Virus record (IMG/VR): IMGVR_UViG_3300011430_000002
Location: 1 to 61,690 of that record
Source: a virus
Taxonomy: Duplodnaviria > Caudoviricetes
Length of the DNA: 61,690 nt
Reading direction: 5' to 3' (one strand)
The translations under genes were made by a program, and so were the position numbers. Below, piece by piece: positions 27,001 to 37,500 of this stretch (positions are counted from its first letter, which is position 1; every line of letters starts with the position of its first letter). Under the pieces are notes generated by a model that was not told where the DNA came from, did not search any database, and saw only the letters and a list, made by a program, of their open reading frames with translations.

Positions 27001-27285
27001 GTCCAGCTGCACGGGGAGTGCCCCGGCTATGCGGGTATTCGCCTGTCCCGGGCGATGAACTATGAAGACATGGACTTGCCCGAGCTTCCTCATGAGGACA
27101 TTGCCATGGGTGCGCTGTCGCATCCGCCAGAGGACCAAGCCAAACCGAAGTACACCCAAGGCCGATTGTCGGGCCGTGGGTTCGCTGTTTCCTTGCGCGT
27201 CTCACACGAGAGCAGGAAGGAATTCCCGCACGCCATCCAGATGATTACGTTCTTGGATGACGCGCCCTTGCGCCCCAACAGGTAA
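24016..27285 (+). CDS. Tail tubular protein B / nozzle-like protein
   Basis: GGLDL...NYE...G..RIDGFERFDG N-terminus; KNQYRLFF.DG; beta-propeller-like. Confidence 0.75.
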   Translation: MPENVILDGGLDLIRARPAVLAGRIRECLNYEVGYRRGNTRIDGFERFDGTTSPSNTTGWVLEVPKVDVTGLFTTPEDLVWTLGVDSGNAGTLVQRDDAGANWRLFIIFRTGLLRPTYDAVVTGEQSGASFVLSASLAPSIKSLPKYYTTHEEYIEALHSFAEILRTKVLPVPGVGTILGLHFHEDQLYAVRDIAEVTLTPATASSLEHGQFVYNDADQVGEVVTLDGTTGVTHIAPVDTYGFEANNGAAIHSALTVRFTNGTGAFPRNHKVKGLSSGWEGLVGHIRVEFGSFAAGDAEGIAAFMAFDPLDPASVATLGETFQNQIDGTSTMVVSANLFASGMSVATVETLSPLSDIASLWRSSEEGWVGALPPRYLRFQQAAPSDVEPPLNNFVREVRDGFLPTTVVKVANGYGPTPAWTGALTGLLTENAAGPNYTAGATITPSRSDVLRVAGFNADLAEGEVLYGIRLYTRIAGFSVCPATSGTLEVKLASGFGGRPTYHFATGCGGAWPVAPYPSVANTAFAWNGGQEITREMVNDPAFGFDLQGVRVGGAAANFSIDVVRMSLTVDVPVGSTLYLWDPINAVSLGTLSAESLVLESGGWDTDDAAGRIRLDGTGLTNIPEGTEIRTAPGGAGNRVAVTSGSTTTLTLPGSRLLRAHNSRYQFISHNFYASEDRNAIYGVSGAGPAFWYDGTTLDFIFTGVDEALEKPRHLAVHLTRLHLGYPWGEVYASAPGDPLNFAGEDFAATYGFGDKITGLMPAAGDVLAVFTESATHALAGANGDDANPPRQTVINHRVGAIEYTVQNVGNRPIFTSFRGIETLETMDQFGDLFTAPLTHDIAPFLLRRLQTAAGVEAANESVVNSVVVRNKNQYRLFFADGYVVTLTQVGPEREPQNTIQRYYFNDDQRQFARVFATASGVTSDGRDRAFFSVEERPNVPDPDAFLVTLPETDFVYELDRGRSFDGGEIASYFTMTHYFSQQQQASMVEKRYNVVQLHGECPGYAGIRLSRAMNYEDMDLPELPHEDIAMGALSHPPEDQAKPKYTQGRLSGRGFAVSLRVSHESRKEFPHAIQMITFLDDAPLRPNR

Positions 27286-27290
27286 CCATC

Positions 27291-28550
27291 ATGGCCAGCA
27301 CAACAAAGACTCCCGAGACTGTCATCACGCCCCCGGCCTATGACCCGAAGGCTGGTCTCATGCAGAACCAAGTACAGACGGGTGTGGGTGGGAAGGCCAA
27401 CCAAGACATCAACCTTGGCCTTAATCCGGGGCTGATGGATTACGCCACGGACGTGTACAACACGACCCCCTTCGGCAACCAGAACTACGATGTGGCGGCG
27501 GGCAGTTCCCGTGCAGCTCAAGCCCAAGCGTTCACGCGTAAGGCGCAGCAGGATGAGATGTCCGCGCAGCAGCTCAACCAGATGTTGGGCAGCAACTCGC
27601 CGTTGATGCGGCGTGCGGCACAACATGCCATGGCGGGCGCCGCTGGGCGTGGGTTGATGAATAGCAGCATCGCGGTCGGCAACGCGCAGGGTGAGATGAT
27701 TGACCGTGCCCAGCCGTTCGCGCTGCAGGATGCGCAGGCCCACGGGAAGGCAGCGAGCGAGTCCCTTGCCAACCAGCAGGCAGCGGCCAACCTCAATGCC
27801 CAGCTGCAGACGGAATCCAGCATCTCCAACGCGGGCCTGATGACGCAGGCGGGCATGGCTTCCATGAACGCCCGCGCAACCCGTGACCGTGATTTCATAC
27901 AGGGCGCACTGGGCGGCCGACAGGATGTGGCCCGTCACGCGTTGGGTATGGAGAACCGCGAGGACCAGCAGGAATGGCAGAAGATTGAGAACGACACCAA
28001 CCGGGACTGGGGTACCAAGGAACGTGAGGGCGGGCAGGAATTCCAAGACCGACAGGCGCGTTTGACTGAGGCTTTCCAGTGGGGTTTGGGTCGGCAGGAA
28101 GCGGCCGAGCGTTGGGCCGAAGGCGAGTTGACCATCTTGGCCAACCAAGGGCTGGCCAAGTACAGCGCCATGGGCCAGATTGCCAGCAGTATCTTCGGCA
28201 ACCCGGACCTGACCTCTGCGGAGCAAAACGCGGCATGGGAGAGTGCGAAGGTCATCATGGATGACACATGGGACCGGGCAACTGGACAACCCATTCCTCG
28301 GGGGCCAGCGGCTGACCAAGGCAACCCGAACGCCCCGGCTACGCCAGCTACGCCTACGACTCCCGAGGGTCCAACTGTGCCGCATGGTGTGAACGTGACG
28401 ACCACGGCGCAACCAGCCTCGCGTGGTTCCACCACGCCTTCTGCCAGCCCCGCCACGGTGGCGCAGAACGAAGCTCTGGGGCAGACCTATGCTTCGGCCA
28501 CCAACCCCAAGGCTGAGGCGACGACTGCCGCCCTGCCGGCGCTGACTTGA
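27291..28550 (+). CDS. Internal virion / ejection protein
   Basis: Gln/Ala-rich; SPLMRRA...RGLMNSSIA...A.QDA motif. Confidence 0.65.
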   Translation: MASTTKTPETVITPPAYDPKAGLMQNQVQTGVGGKANQDINLGLNPGLMDYATDVYNTTPFGNQNYDVAAGSSRAAQAQAFTRKAQQDEMSAQQLNQMLGSNSPLMRRAAQHAMAGAAGRGLMNSSIAVGNAQGEMIDRAQPFALQDAQAHGKAASESLANQQAAANLNAQLQTESSISNAGLMTQAGMASMNARATRDRDFIQGALGGRQDVARHALGMENREDQQEWQKIENDTNRDWGTKEREGGQEFQDRQARLTEAFQWGLGRQEAAERWAEGELTILANQGLAKYSAMGQIASSIFGNPDLTSAEQNAAWESAKVIMDDTWDRATGQPIPRGPAADQGNPNAPATPATPTTPEGPTVPHGVNVTTTAQPASRGSTTPSASPATVAQNEALGQTYASATNPKAEATTAALPALT

Positions 28551-29008
28551 TGCGTACCCGAATCGCCAAGTACAAGGACTTGTCGGCGGTGTGCCGGTAT
28601 CTGACCGCCATGCACGAGCGCACGGGGTGGGATTTTGTGCCCATCAATCCGAAGGTGTTGCGCGAGTCGGTGGTCAACATGATTCGCACCCAGCACCTTG
28701 TAGACGTGTTGGTAGCGGAAGATGATGATGGGAATGTCCGTGGGGTCCTGTTGGCCAGTGTGGACCGGTTCTTCTGGTCCAAGGCCCACTATGCCAGCGA
28801 CGTGCATTTCATCGCCGATGGTGGTGGGGCTTCTTTGCTGACGGCGTTCAAGGACTGGGCGCACCGCCGGCAGTGTACGTGCATTGTGATGGCGGTGGCC
28901 ACTGATGACCCCCGCGCTGAGATGTTTCTGGAAGCGGGTGGATTTGAGCGCCGGGGTGGCGCGATGGTGTGCTTCCTGACTGACCGCCCCGAGGAGAAAG
29001 CAGCATGA
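28547..29008 (+). CDS. GNAT-family acetyltransferase-like protein
   Basis: R.AK..DL..V, LVAED..G.V.G, G..LL..F..WA and GF...G motifs; typical position among ejection genes. Confidence 0.7.
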   Translation: MMRTRIAKYKDLSAVCRYLTAMHERTGWDFVPINPKVLRESVVNMIRTQHLVDVLVAEDDDGNVRGVLLASVDRFFWSKAHYASDVHFIADGGGASLLTAFKDWAHRRQCTCIVMAVATDDPRAEMFLEAGGFERRGGAMVCFLTDRPEEKAA

Positions 29009-29922
29009 GCTTCGTGAAAAAGGCCGTCAAGAAAGTGGTCGGCTTCGTCAAGAAATACTGGAAAGAGATTCTCATCGTTGCGGCGATTGTCTTCACCGCC
29101 GGCGTGGCGACTGTTGGTTTCTCCTACTTCGGTGCGGCTGCCGGCCAAGCTGGTTTCGGTGGCTTCATGTCGGCAGTGGGTAGCACCATGGTGCAGGGTG
29201 TGGCGGCCATCGGTAGCGCGGTGGGGATTGGTAGCGGGGCGGTTGTCGGCGGCGCGGGTCTTGGTGGTTCCACCGCGTTGGCTGGTACCAGCGTGGGCTT
29301 CGGCGCCGCTGCCGGTCTTGGGGGTGGCGCTGGTATTGGCGCGGGGTCGGCGGTAGCGGAAGCGAACTTGGCGGCTTTGGCGACTCCGACGGCCCCGGTT
29401 GCTGCGGGGTCAGGTCAGGCAGCGTTCAACTACGCAGCAGGTACCAAGATAGGCGCCACGGCGCAGGCAGTTCAGGCGGCTACACCCACGGTGTTGGCCA
29501 GCGGTGCGCTTCCGACAACCATTGCGACCACTGCTCCAGCTGCGACCAAGGGTTTGTCACTGGCTGGCGTGGGCAAGTTGTTGTCAGGCGTCGGCGCCGT
29601 AGCGGGTCCCGCCATGAAATACTATGGCGACAAGAAGGCAGCGGAGGCGGACTACCCACTGGCTTCGTGGGGCGTACCGGTGGGCCGGGGCGACGCGTTT
29701 TATGAGGACCCCGCCAACTACATGCCCGGAGCTGGTGCGGCTCCCCCCGTTATGCCGCCGCCGACCCAGCCCCCACTGGCTCCTGTTGGTACTGGGGCGT
29801 TGGCCCAACAGGCGGGTGGGGGTGTTGGTGTCCCGTCGGGGCAGCAACCTTTGATGTCGTTGATGCCATTCGGTCAGCCCATGGAGCCTGACCCCTTACT
29901 TGGAGGGCCTTCCTATGGCTGA
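29005..29922 (+). CDS. Gly/Ala-rich ejection (DNA transfer) protein with N-terminal TM segment
   Basis: Basic amphipathic N-terminus followed by a hydrophobic segment. Confidence 0.65.
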   Translation: MSFVKKAVKKVVGFVKKYWKEILIVAAIVFTAGVATVGFSYFGAAAGQAGFGGFMSAVGSTMVQGVAAIGSAVGIGSGAVVGGAGLGGSTALAGTSVGFGAAAGLGGGAGIGAGSAVAEANLAALATPTAPVAAGSGQAAFNYAAGTKIGATAQAVQAATPTVLASGALPTTIATTAPAATKGLSLAGVGKLLSGVGAVAGPAMKYYGDKKAAEADYPLASWGVPVGRGDAFYEDPANYMPGAGAAPPVMPPPTQPPLAPVGTGALAQQAGGGVGVPSGQQPLMSLMPFGQPMEPDPLLGGPSYG

Positions 29923-30613
29923 CGAAAAGCCACAAGCGAACCGGAATACCGGTGGTAATACCGGGCCGTTCTTTCCGGGTGAGGATGTCGATTCGATGTT
30001 CCTTAATCAACTCACTGCAGAAGCAGCGGAGTACATCCACGACACCGCGAAGGACGAAGTGCTGGAGGTGTTGAGCAACACCGACGACACGGCCGCGACC
30101 ATCGCTGCGACCACGTACAAGATTACCCGTGGCTTGCTTGAACGGCACAAGGATGTGGGCTTGTCACTGGAGGCGGACCTTTCCCACGCGTTGGCACTGG
30201 GGTCGGAAGTGACCGACATGTTGGTAGAGATTGTCGAGGTCACCCAACCCAACGCGGCGTTCGACCCGCAGCGGTTGCGCGAGGAATCCCTGTTGCGTGC
30301 GACCGTCATGCACGGTGAAGAAGTGGAAAAGCGCGACGACCCTGACGAGAAGGATGCGGCCCGCGTCATGTACACGATGATGATGCAGGACGGTACCGTT
30401 GAGCAGGGCATGAACTATGTCAACAAGCGGTCCAGCGAGATGGGCCTGAACACCAACGACATGCTGCGTCGTGGTGTGGAAGGGCACCGCAAGCAGCAAA
30501 ACCCCAAGAAAGACCCGCTGTCTGCTGCCGTTTCCAACGGCGTGCAAGGCATGGCTGAGCCGCCCCCGGCTGCGCCGCCGGCGGAAGAGCTGCCCTTGAT
30601 GGGAGGCATGTGA
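29915..30613 (+). CDS. Hypothetical virion-module protein
   Basis: GGAGG RBS; acidic and helical. Confidence 0.65.
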   Translation: MADEKPQANRNTGGNTGPFFPGEDVDSMFLNQLTAEAAEYIHDTAKDEVLEVLSNTDDTAATIAATTYKITRGLLERHKDVGLSLEADLSHALALGSEVTDMLVEIVEVTQPNAAFDPQRLREESLLRATVMHGEEVEKRDDPDEKDAARVMYTMMMQDGTVEQGMNYVNKRSSEMGLNTNDMLRRGVEGHRKQQNPKKDPLSAAVSNGVQGMAEPPPAAPPAEELPLMGGM

Positions 30614-30614
30614 C

Positions 30615-31562
30615 ATGAGTGACGACCGTTCTCGTAGGGAGAATAAGGGCGGTAATGCCGCCCTGATGGGTGCCGTTGGCGCCGGGTTGGAAGGGTTCTC
30701 CCAGTGGTATGACCGCGAGCGCCAGTTCCAAGCTCTGGAGTTGCGCCAGCGACGGCTGGAAGAATTGCAGAGGCAGGAACTTGCCCAAGGCGACCGGCGC
30801 TTGGACATCACCGAGGGGTTGGCCAACAAGGCTGCAGCCCGGGCTGATGCCATGAGCCTGACTGAGAAGAAAAACGCCTTCATTCAGGACGTGGACAGCT
30901 GGAAGTCGCAGTACATTGGCAAGGATGAGAAGTCCAAGCTACGAGCGGAAGCGTGGAAGCAAGCGTTCGATGAGGGCTTCCTGTTGCTGGATGACAAGGA
31001 TGCCAAGGTCATGGCTGACCGCATCGCAGGGTCCTTTGGTGGGGCTGGTACAGCGGGCGGGGCGCCGGTGATTTCCGCTGATGAGATGTTGGCAGGGTTG
31101 GACCAGCTACGAGCGCGGCGTTCGGCGCGTGGACTGAGCGTGGAAGACATGCCCGACGATGTAATCTCCGGCATGATTGGCGGGTACAGCCTGATGGGTG
31201 GCGCTGGCGGCGGGGCCGGCGGGCCGGGTATGCCCGACCCTGTAGTGGAAGACCCCGAGGTTGCTGCAGCAGCTGCAGCGGAAGAGGTTGCTGCAGGGGG
31301 GCCTATGTACCCTCGTATCAGTCGTGCCCTGTATGGGGTTGGAAACGAGGGGGAGCTACACAAGGATTTGTCCGCGCTGATGGGGCCTGTTGTGGACCCG
31401 GTTTTGAGTGGGGTGGATGCGGTGAAAAAGAAGTACAAGGAGGAAGGGTTGTTCGGTGTTTTTTCGCCTTCTTACCACGAGATACCGACCGACCCTCGTG
31501 ACAACGACCGCCTGAAGCTGCAGCCGTTCGATGCACCGTTCTCACTGTTCAAGACTCCGTGA
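30615..31562 (+). CDS. Putative ejection protein
   Basis: Gly-rich N-terminus plus coiled coil; precedes the giant gene. Confidence 0.6.
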   Translation: MSDDRSRRENKGGNAALMGAVGAGLEGFSQWYDRERQFQALELRQRRLEELQRQELAQGDRRLDITEGLANKAAARADAMSLTEKKNAFIQDVDSWKSQYIGKDEKSKLRAEAWKQAFDEGFLLLDDKDAKVMADRIAGSFGGAGTAGGAPVISADEMLAGLDQLRARRSARGLSVEDMPDDVISGMIGGYSLMGGAGGGAGGPGMPDPVVEDPEVAAAAAAEEVAAGGPMYPRISRALYGVGNEGELHKDLSALMGPVVDPVLSGVDAVKKKYKEEGLFGVFSPSYHEIPTDPRDNDRLKLQPFDAPFSLFKTP

Positions 31563-31572
31563 GGTAGTGTAA

Positions 31573-34500
31573 GTGGCCGACCCACTTTCCAACTATGGCT
31601 CGTATGCACTGCCCGATTTTTCGGACCTGTTGTTCAGTGCGGCCGAGGACACGGGCTTGGATACGGACCTGCTGGCCTCGGTCATGGAAGCCGAAAGCTC
31701 GTTCAATCCCCGAGCTGTTTCCAGTGCGGGTGCCCGTGGCCTCATGCAACTCATGCCGGATACGGCTGGCCAGCCGGGTTTCGGTGTGGAAAAGTTCGAC
31801 CCCGACTTGCCGCTGGATGACCCAACGGAAAATGTTCGCGTTGGTTCTCAGTACCTGAAGGGTCTGCTCAATGCGTTCAACGGTGACCTTGACGCCGCGT
31901 TGGTAGCCTACAACTGGGGTCCGGGTAAAGCCCAGAAGTGGGTGGCCAACGGCTCTGATTTTTCCAAGCTCCCCGCTGCAACGCGCAAGTACGTGAACGA
32001 CATCAAGGGCAAGGTCGCGGCGCGGAAGCAGGCGGCCGGTACCACCCCCGCCGGTGCTTCCACCTACCAGCCCTTGGACCCGTGGGCGGATGTTTCTGCA
32101 ACGGGTGCCGTGGATACGGCGCCCGTGTCAGGGTCAGTCGCCGTGGACCAGCGTAGGGCTGACATTGCTGAGCGGCGTGCGGCCTTCAACGAGCGTTTGC
32201 AGCGGGACCCGGAAGCGGCCCGGCTGAATCTGCCCACGGAAGAAGGCGACGAAGAGGAACCCATTGGCGCCGGCCAGTGGCTCAAGGACCAAGGCGAGTG
32301 GGCGGCCAAGGCGTTGTACTCCAGCGTGGTGGACCTCGGGTCTTTGCTGGCTGACCTCGCTGACTTCGGGATGGGACCCGACAGCGGCCTTACCGACCGG
32401 GTGTCAGCGAAGCTGGAGAACCACGCCAACCGGGTTCGCCAGTCCCTGCCCGATTACATCCGCAAGGACTTGGCCAACGAACTCATCACCACGGATGCAA
32501 ACGGCGAGCTGGACTTCCACATGCCGAATTTGCGGCAGGTGGCCAACCTCGTGTTTGAGTCCGCCGCTCCGTCCGGGGCAATTGTTGGTGGTGGCAAGGC
32601 GCTGCTCAAGGGCGCGATGACCATCAACAAGCTGAAGAAGGTCATCAAGGCGTCACCCGGCGTGTCCAACGCCCTTGCCTTGGGCACCGCCAACAGCGCC
32701 TATGTCACGGCCGACACCTACACCACGGTGTACGACGACGTGAAGGAACAGGCCCAGCGCGAGGGCAAGTCGCTCAAGCAAGCCAGCGACGAAGCGGCGC
32801 GTGCGGCGTCATTGGCGGCCGGAATTATTGCCCCCTTGTCGTTCGCCACCGGCGCGGCTGGCGAGGGGTTGGCAGCGACCGGGGCCACCGTCTACCGTAG
32901 GCTGGCCAAGGGCTTGGCCTATGGCTCCATCACTGAAGCGCCCGAGGAATCCGGCCAGTACGTGGCCGAGGAACTGGGACGCGGCAAGTCGCTGGCGGAA
33001 ATCGACAAGGGCAAAGCCTTGGAAGCGGGTCTGCTTGGTGCCCTTGGCGCCGGCCCGACTGAAGGCGTGCTGGCTGCGCTGTCTGGCGACACGGGTGCGC
33101 CGGCTCCGGTGGATGATGTTCCACGTGAAACACCATCCGGCCGCATGGAACAGTTGGAACTGTTCCCGAATCTCCCTATCGACCAGTTGCCAACGCTGCC
33201 CGGTGAGCCGCCCGCTGGCCCGCCCCCCGGCGCACCGCCCTTCAATCTGGAAGGTCCCAGCACCATGGAGCAGCTGGAGCTGCCCCTGATGCCGCTGGAC
33301 CTGCAGGGTCCGCAGGGTCCGCAGGGTCCGCAAGGTCCGCCGGAACAACTGGAGCTGCCCTTCCCGACCCCGCCGAATCCAGCCATCGCCGCCGGCGTTG
33401 CCGACATGGAACAGGCGTTGGATGCGGACCCCAACTTGCCCAACGCAGCGGACGCGCTGAACGCGCCGTCCCCGGAACAGTTGGGTATGTTCGCTCGTGC
33501 CCGGGCGAAGTTGGATATAGAGCGGCGGGACGATGAGGATGAAGTAGGCGCCACGCCAGAATTTCTGGAGTTGGGTGAGCAGGACGAGGACCAGTTGTGG
33601 GAAGACCAGCAGGCGCTGATGAAGAACAGCGCCTTTGAGGCGGGCCTGTCCATCGTGCCCAAGGAAACGCTGGCTTCGCTTCCCAACGTGTCGGTACGGG
33701 ACGCGGAGGAAATCGACCGTAGGTTGCGGCCGACCATGCCCGACCCCGAGTTGCGCTCGTTGGTGGTTGAGCAGCAGCTGGAGGTGCTCTCGGAATATCG
33801 CGGCGAGTTCCCCAACGCGACCCTTGACGAAGCGTTGGGAGCGCCCCGCGCCACTGGCTCCTTGTCGGAAACGGAGGTTGAGCCTGAGTTTGAAATTCTG
33901 ACCGACCAGTTCGGTGAGCAGGAAGAACCCCCGCAGCCCCTTGAAGTGGGGGAACTGGCCCCAGTTGTTGACCTTGTGCAAGCTCGGGCACGGGCGCAGG
34001 CGGGGGAATCGCGTAGTGAGGAAGTTGGCTCTACACCCAGCCCGGATACGGGCACGCCTACTGAAAAAGTCCATGACGAGCAGCAGGCAAGAGAAGACTA
34101 CATGCGGGTTCGGGCGCGTTTGAATCCTGATTCCCTGCATGTCCTTGATAACCTGACTGCGAACGAAGTTCTGGCTATGGTGCAGAGGGAATGGGCTACG
34201 CAGGGTCAGTCTGGTAATCCGCGTAATCCCGCTGCTGTCTATCGGGCTGTCGCCGCACGGTTAAACGCTGCCGCTGCACGGGTAAACAAGGCCGCCACGG
34301 CGAAGCCGGCCGAGAAGCCGGCGAAATGGGACCCGCTCACGGATGACGGGTTCGCGCAGGAGATTATCGACGACGAGGGCGGGGCGGGGATGCGCCTGCT
34401 CAACGCTGGTTACACGGAAGAGCAAGCCGACGAGGTAATCACCAAGGTGATGTCGCGCTTTGTCGGTCGTAGGCTGCAGGAAGCCCGTGAGGATGGTACC

Positions 34501-37500
34501 CGGTCACGGATGCGCAACCTGCGCCAGCCGGATGAAGGCCAGCAACGGCTGCAAGTGACCCGCGAGCAGCCGGCCCGCAACGACTTCGAAGCGCGGTTGG
34601 AACAGTTCGCGGATGAGACAGGTACGCCGGCTGACCCAGCGGCAGTTGCCGAGGCGGTGCAGGAACCCGACGGCCCCAAGGTGCAAAGGGGCGACGTGCT
34701 GGACTTGGTGCACGGCACCGCCGAGGACTTCAACCTGCACCAGTTCCCCGCTGGCAACCGGGGGTCAGGGTTGTGGTTCACTGCCAACGAGACTTCAGGG
34801 ACCCGCTATGCTCAGCAGGGCGCCGGCCCCCGCCCGCGTCGCATCGTCGCCCGGGTCGTGCCCAAAAACCCGCTGACCCTTGCGTGGCAGGACGAGTGGT
34901 TTGGCAATATGGCCGAGTACGAGCGGGTGGTGTGGGAGGCTCGTGAGGCGGGGTATGACCTGATTGCCTTTGTCGGCGTGCAGGAAAGTTTCGGCCCCGA
35001 TGAGGGTGGTGCTCCCGGCCGTAGGTCCACTGAATCCCCGAGGCAGGGCATCCCGGGGGTGAACAACTATTACGTAGTGCTGGACCGTACCATCCTCTCG
35101 CACCGCCCCGGTGCCAACACGTTGGCATTGGCGCCAGAGCCAGAAACTGCCCCGGATGCGGGACCCGCGCCGGCACAGGCTGAGCTGGATTTGCAGGGTG
35201 GTGCGGGTGCTGCGCCTACCGCACGTACGGCACCGCCCATGCGCACACGCGGGCAGGCCGCCGCCGAAGCTGCCGCCCCACCTGCCCCGGCTCCCGCTCC
35301 GGCGCCAGAGCCTGCTCCCACAGCCCCCGTCACGCCCCCGGAGGACCTCAAGGGGCAGCTGCAGGCGGCCCGGGATAGGTACGCCGCTCGTCGGGCGCAG
35401 GTTGCCGCTGCAGCCGCTGCCAATGCGCCCGCCCCTGTCCCCGTTGGCACCAGTACGCCAGCCAGACCCGCCCGTGCGCACGTCTACTACCCGCGTAGGC
35501 GCCTGCAGCGGGCGATGAACGCGAGGTTCTCGGATAATAGGCAGGACCGGGCGTTCCGCGCCGGTATCACGCCGGAAGAGTTGGAGCGTAGGTATCGTGC
35601 GGTGGCTCGCGACGTGATGGCAGCGCCGCGTTTCAACACGCTCACCGAGACGCAGCAGATTCGCGAAATCATCGACCAGACGGTGCGTACCTTTGACAGT
35701 GGCGCCACGACCCGAGCGGCTCCCGCGCCGGCGCCTACACCGGCACCCACTTCCGTGCCCGCCACGCCCGCGTCTACCGGCTCCGCGCCGGAACAGCAGT
35801 TCACGCAAACTGTGCACAGCACGATTCGCGATTTTACGTTGGGGCCGTCTTATGCGTCGGACTTTGTTTCCGGCTTGGTGGCAGCGGGGCGTACGCTGGA
35901 GGAAGCTGCAGCGGAACTGGGTTTGCCACCCCCCACAGGTACTGACCCTAATGATTTTTGGGGCGGTACGCTAGGCCCAGTAAACGTCACCCGTGTGGCT
36001 GCTGACCAGACAACCACGGCACCGGGCGTTGCGGGGCGGGTGAACCAGACTTCCTACTACATCATCACGTTCTCCAACGGGGCCAAGGTAGCCCGCATCG
36101 GTGGTACCGGTAGCATGAATCAGGCGCTGCCGCGTAACCAAGGACTGGGTAAGCAGCAATACGCAAACTTGCTCACGCACCTATTTGAAAATGAAGGCGT
36201 GAGCATCCTGCTGTCGGATTCCACCAACCTTCCGGGGTCGGCACAGTTGTACGCGGCTTTGAAAGTGGCCGGGTGGGATGTGGTCGCCAACCCATCCAGC
36301 TATGAAGTTCAGCCCGGCCACCCTACCACCACGGTTTACCCGCGCTTGGGTAACTGGAACTTCGCCGTGGTCAGCGGGCCACCCGTGCAGCCCCAGCTGC
36401 TCACCTCGCGAGCCTATGGGGCTACCCGTGGCTCGCCGCTGGCTGTGGTGCGCGGGACGGCCGCTGTACCCACGTGGCCGGGCAAGACTCCTGAAGCGGC
36501 AGAAACCGCTGACACCGGGCCGCCCACGGACCCGACGCAGCTGGAGCTGTTTCCCGGTAGCACGCCACCGCCGGCGCATGCAGTGGCGGCGCCCGAGGCT
36601 ACAGGTGCCCAGAGGACTGACCCGACGCAACGGTCATTGTTTCCCCTAGATACCCCGCAGCCGGTGACGACCGAGGAGATGGATGAGGCGCAGAAGTCTG
36701 ACGCCACCGCTGCCGACGCGACGTTAAGGGGCGCCCCCGCTCCCGCCCAGACGGTAACGAATACTTCACCCGATGCGGTGGACCCTGACTCGCAGGAGAA
36801 ACTGGCCGAGGCGGAAGATAATCTCACCGGTGCCAACGATGGCGGTGAGGGTGGTGATGGCGGGGATGGTGGTGGCCGTGGCCCGGATGACGCCAGCGAG
36901 TCCAGCGACATGCCCGGTGACCGCGAGGTCTCTGAGTACCAGACCAATCAGGCCCTCAATGATGTCATCGACGCCCACTCAGGTCGGTGGTCAGATGTCT
37001 GGCACTACTGGTTTGCCGGCTCCACCAAGGCGCGTGGCTACCATCGCGGCCAGCGGGCTACCCCCGAACAATCCACGGCGCGTGGCGACGTGCTTGCACG
37101 TAGAGCCTTCCGTGAAGAACTGACGGCGTGGAAGAATCGCCGGCGCCTTGCGGAGAAGAACGCCCGGGCGCAGGGGCAGCAAGACTTCCAGTTCACTGAA
37201 CCCCGGCCCTTACTGCCCAGCCAGCGCCGCGAAGCCAACGACGCCGGTGAGTTCAACTGGGATGAGTTCCGCACCTTGGTCAAGCGTGCACTGGGGCGCA
37301 CCAAGGTCCGGTGGATGGAGCGTTTGGTGGACCAGCACTACTCCATCAAGCTGATTCAGGAAGTGCTGGCCGACGAGAACGGCTTCGTGAATTCACCGGT
37401 GGACCTGTACGAGTCACTCACTCGCATCGGTTCCAAGATTGACGTGCGGGTGAAGAAGTTCCAAGGCAAACAACAACGTGCCATTCAGGACGTTGCCAAC

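Noticed and set aside
27090-28412. 440-aa antisense ORF
   Set aside because: Shadow of the ejection protein gene
33304-33339. CAGGGTCCG x4 minisatellite as a phase-variation tract
   Set aside because: In-frame 9-bp unit coding a QGP linker; copy-number change would not switch expression
32809-35817. Several long antisense ORFs inside the giant gene
   Set aside because: Composition mirrors the codon bias of the sense gene; no independent coding signal
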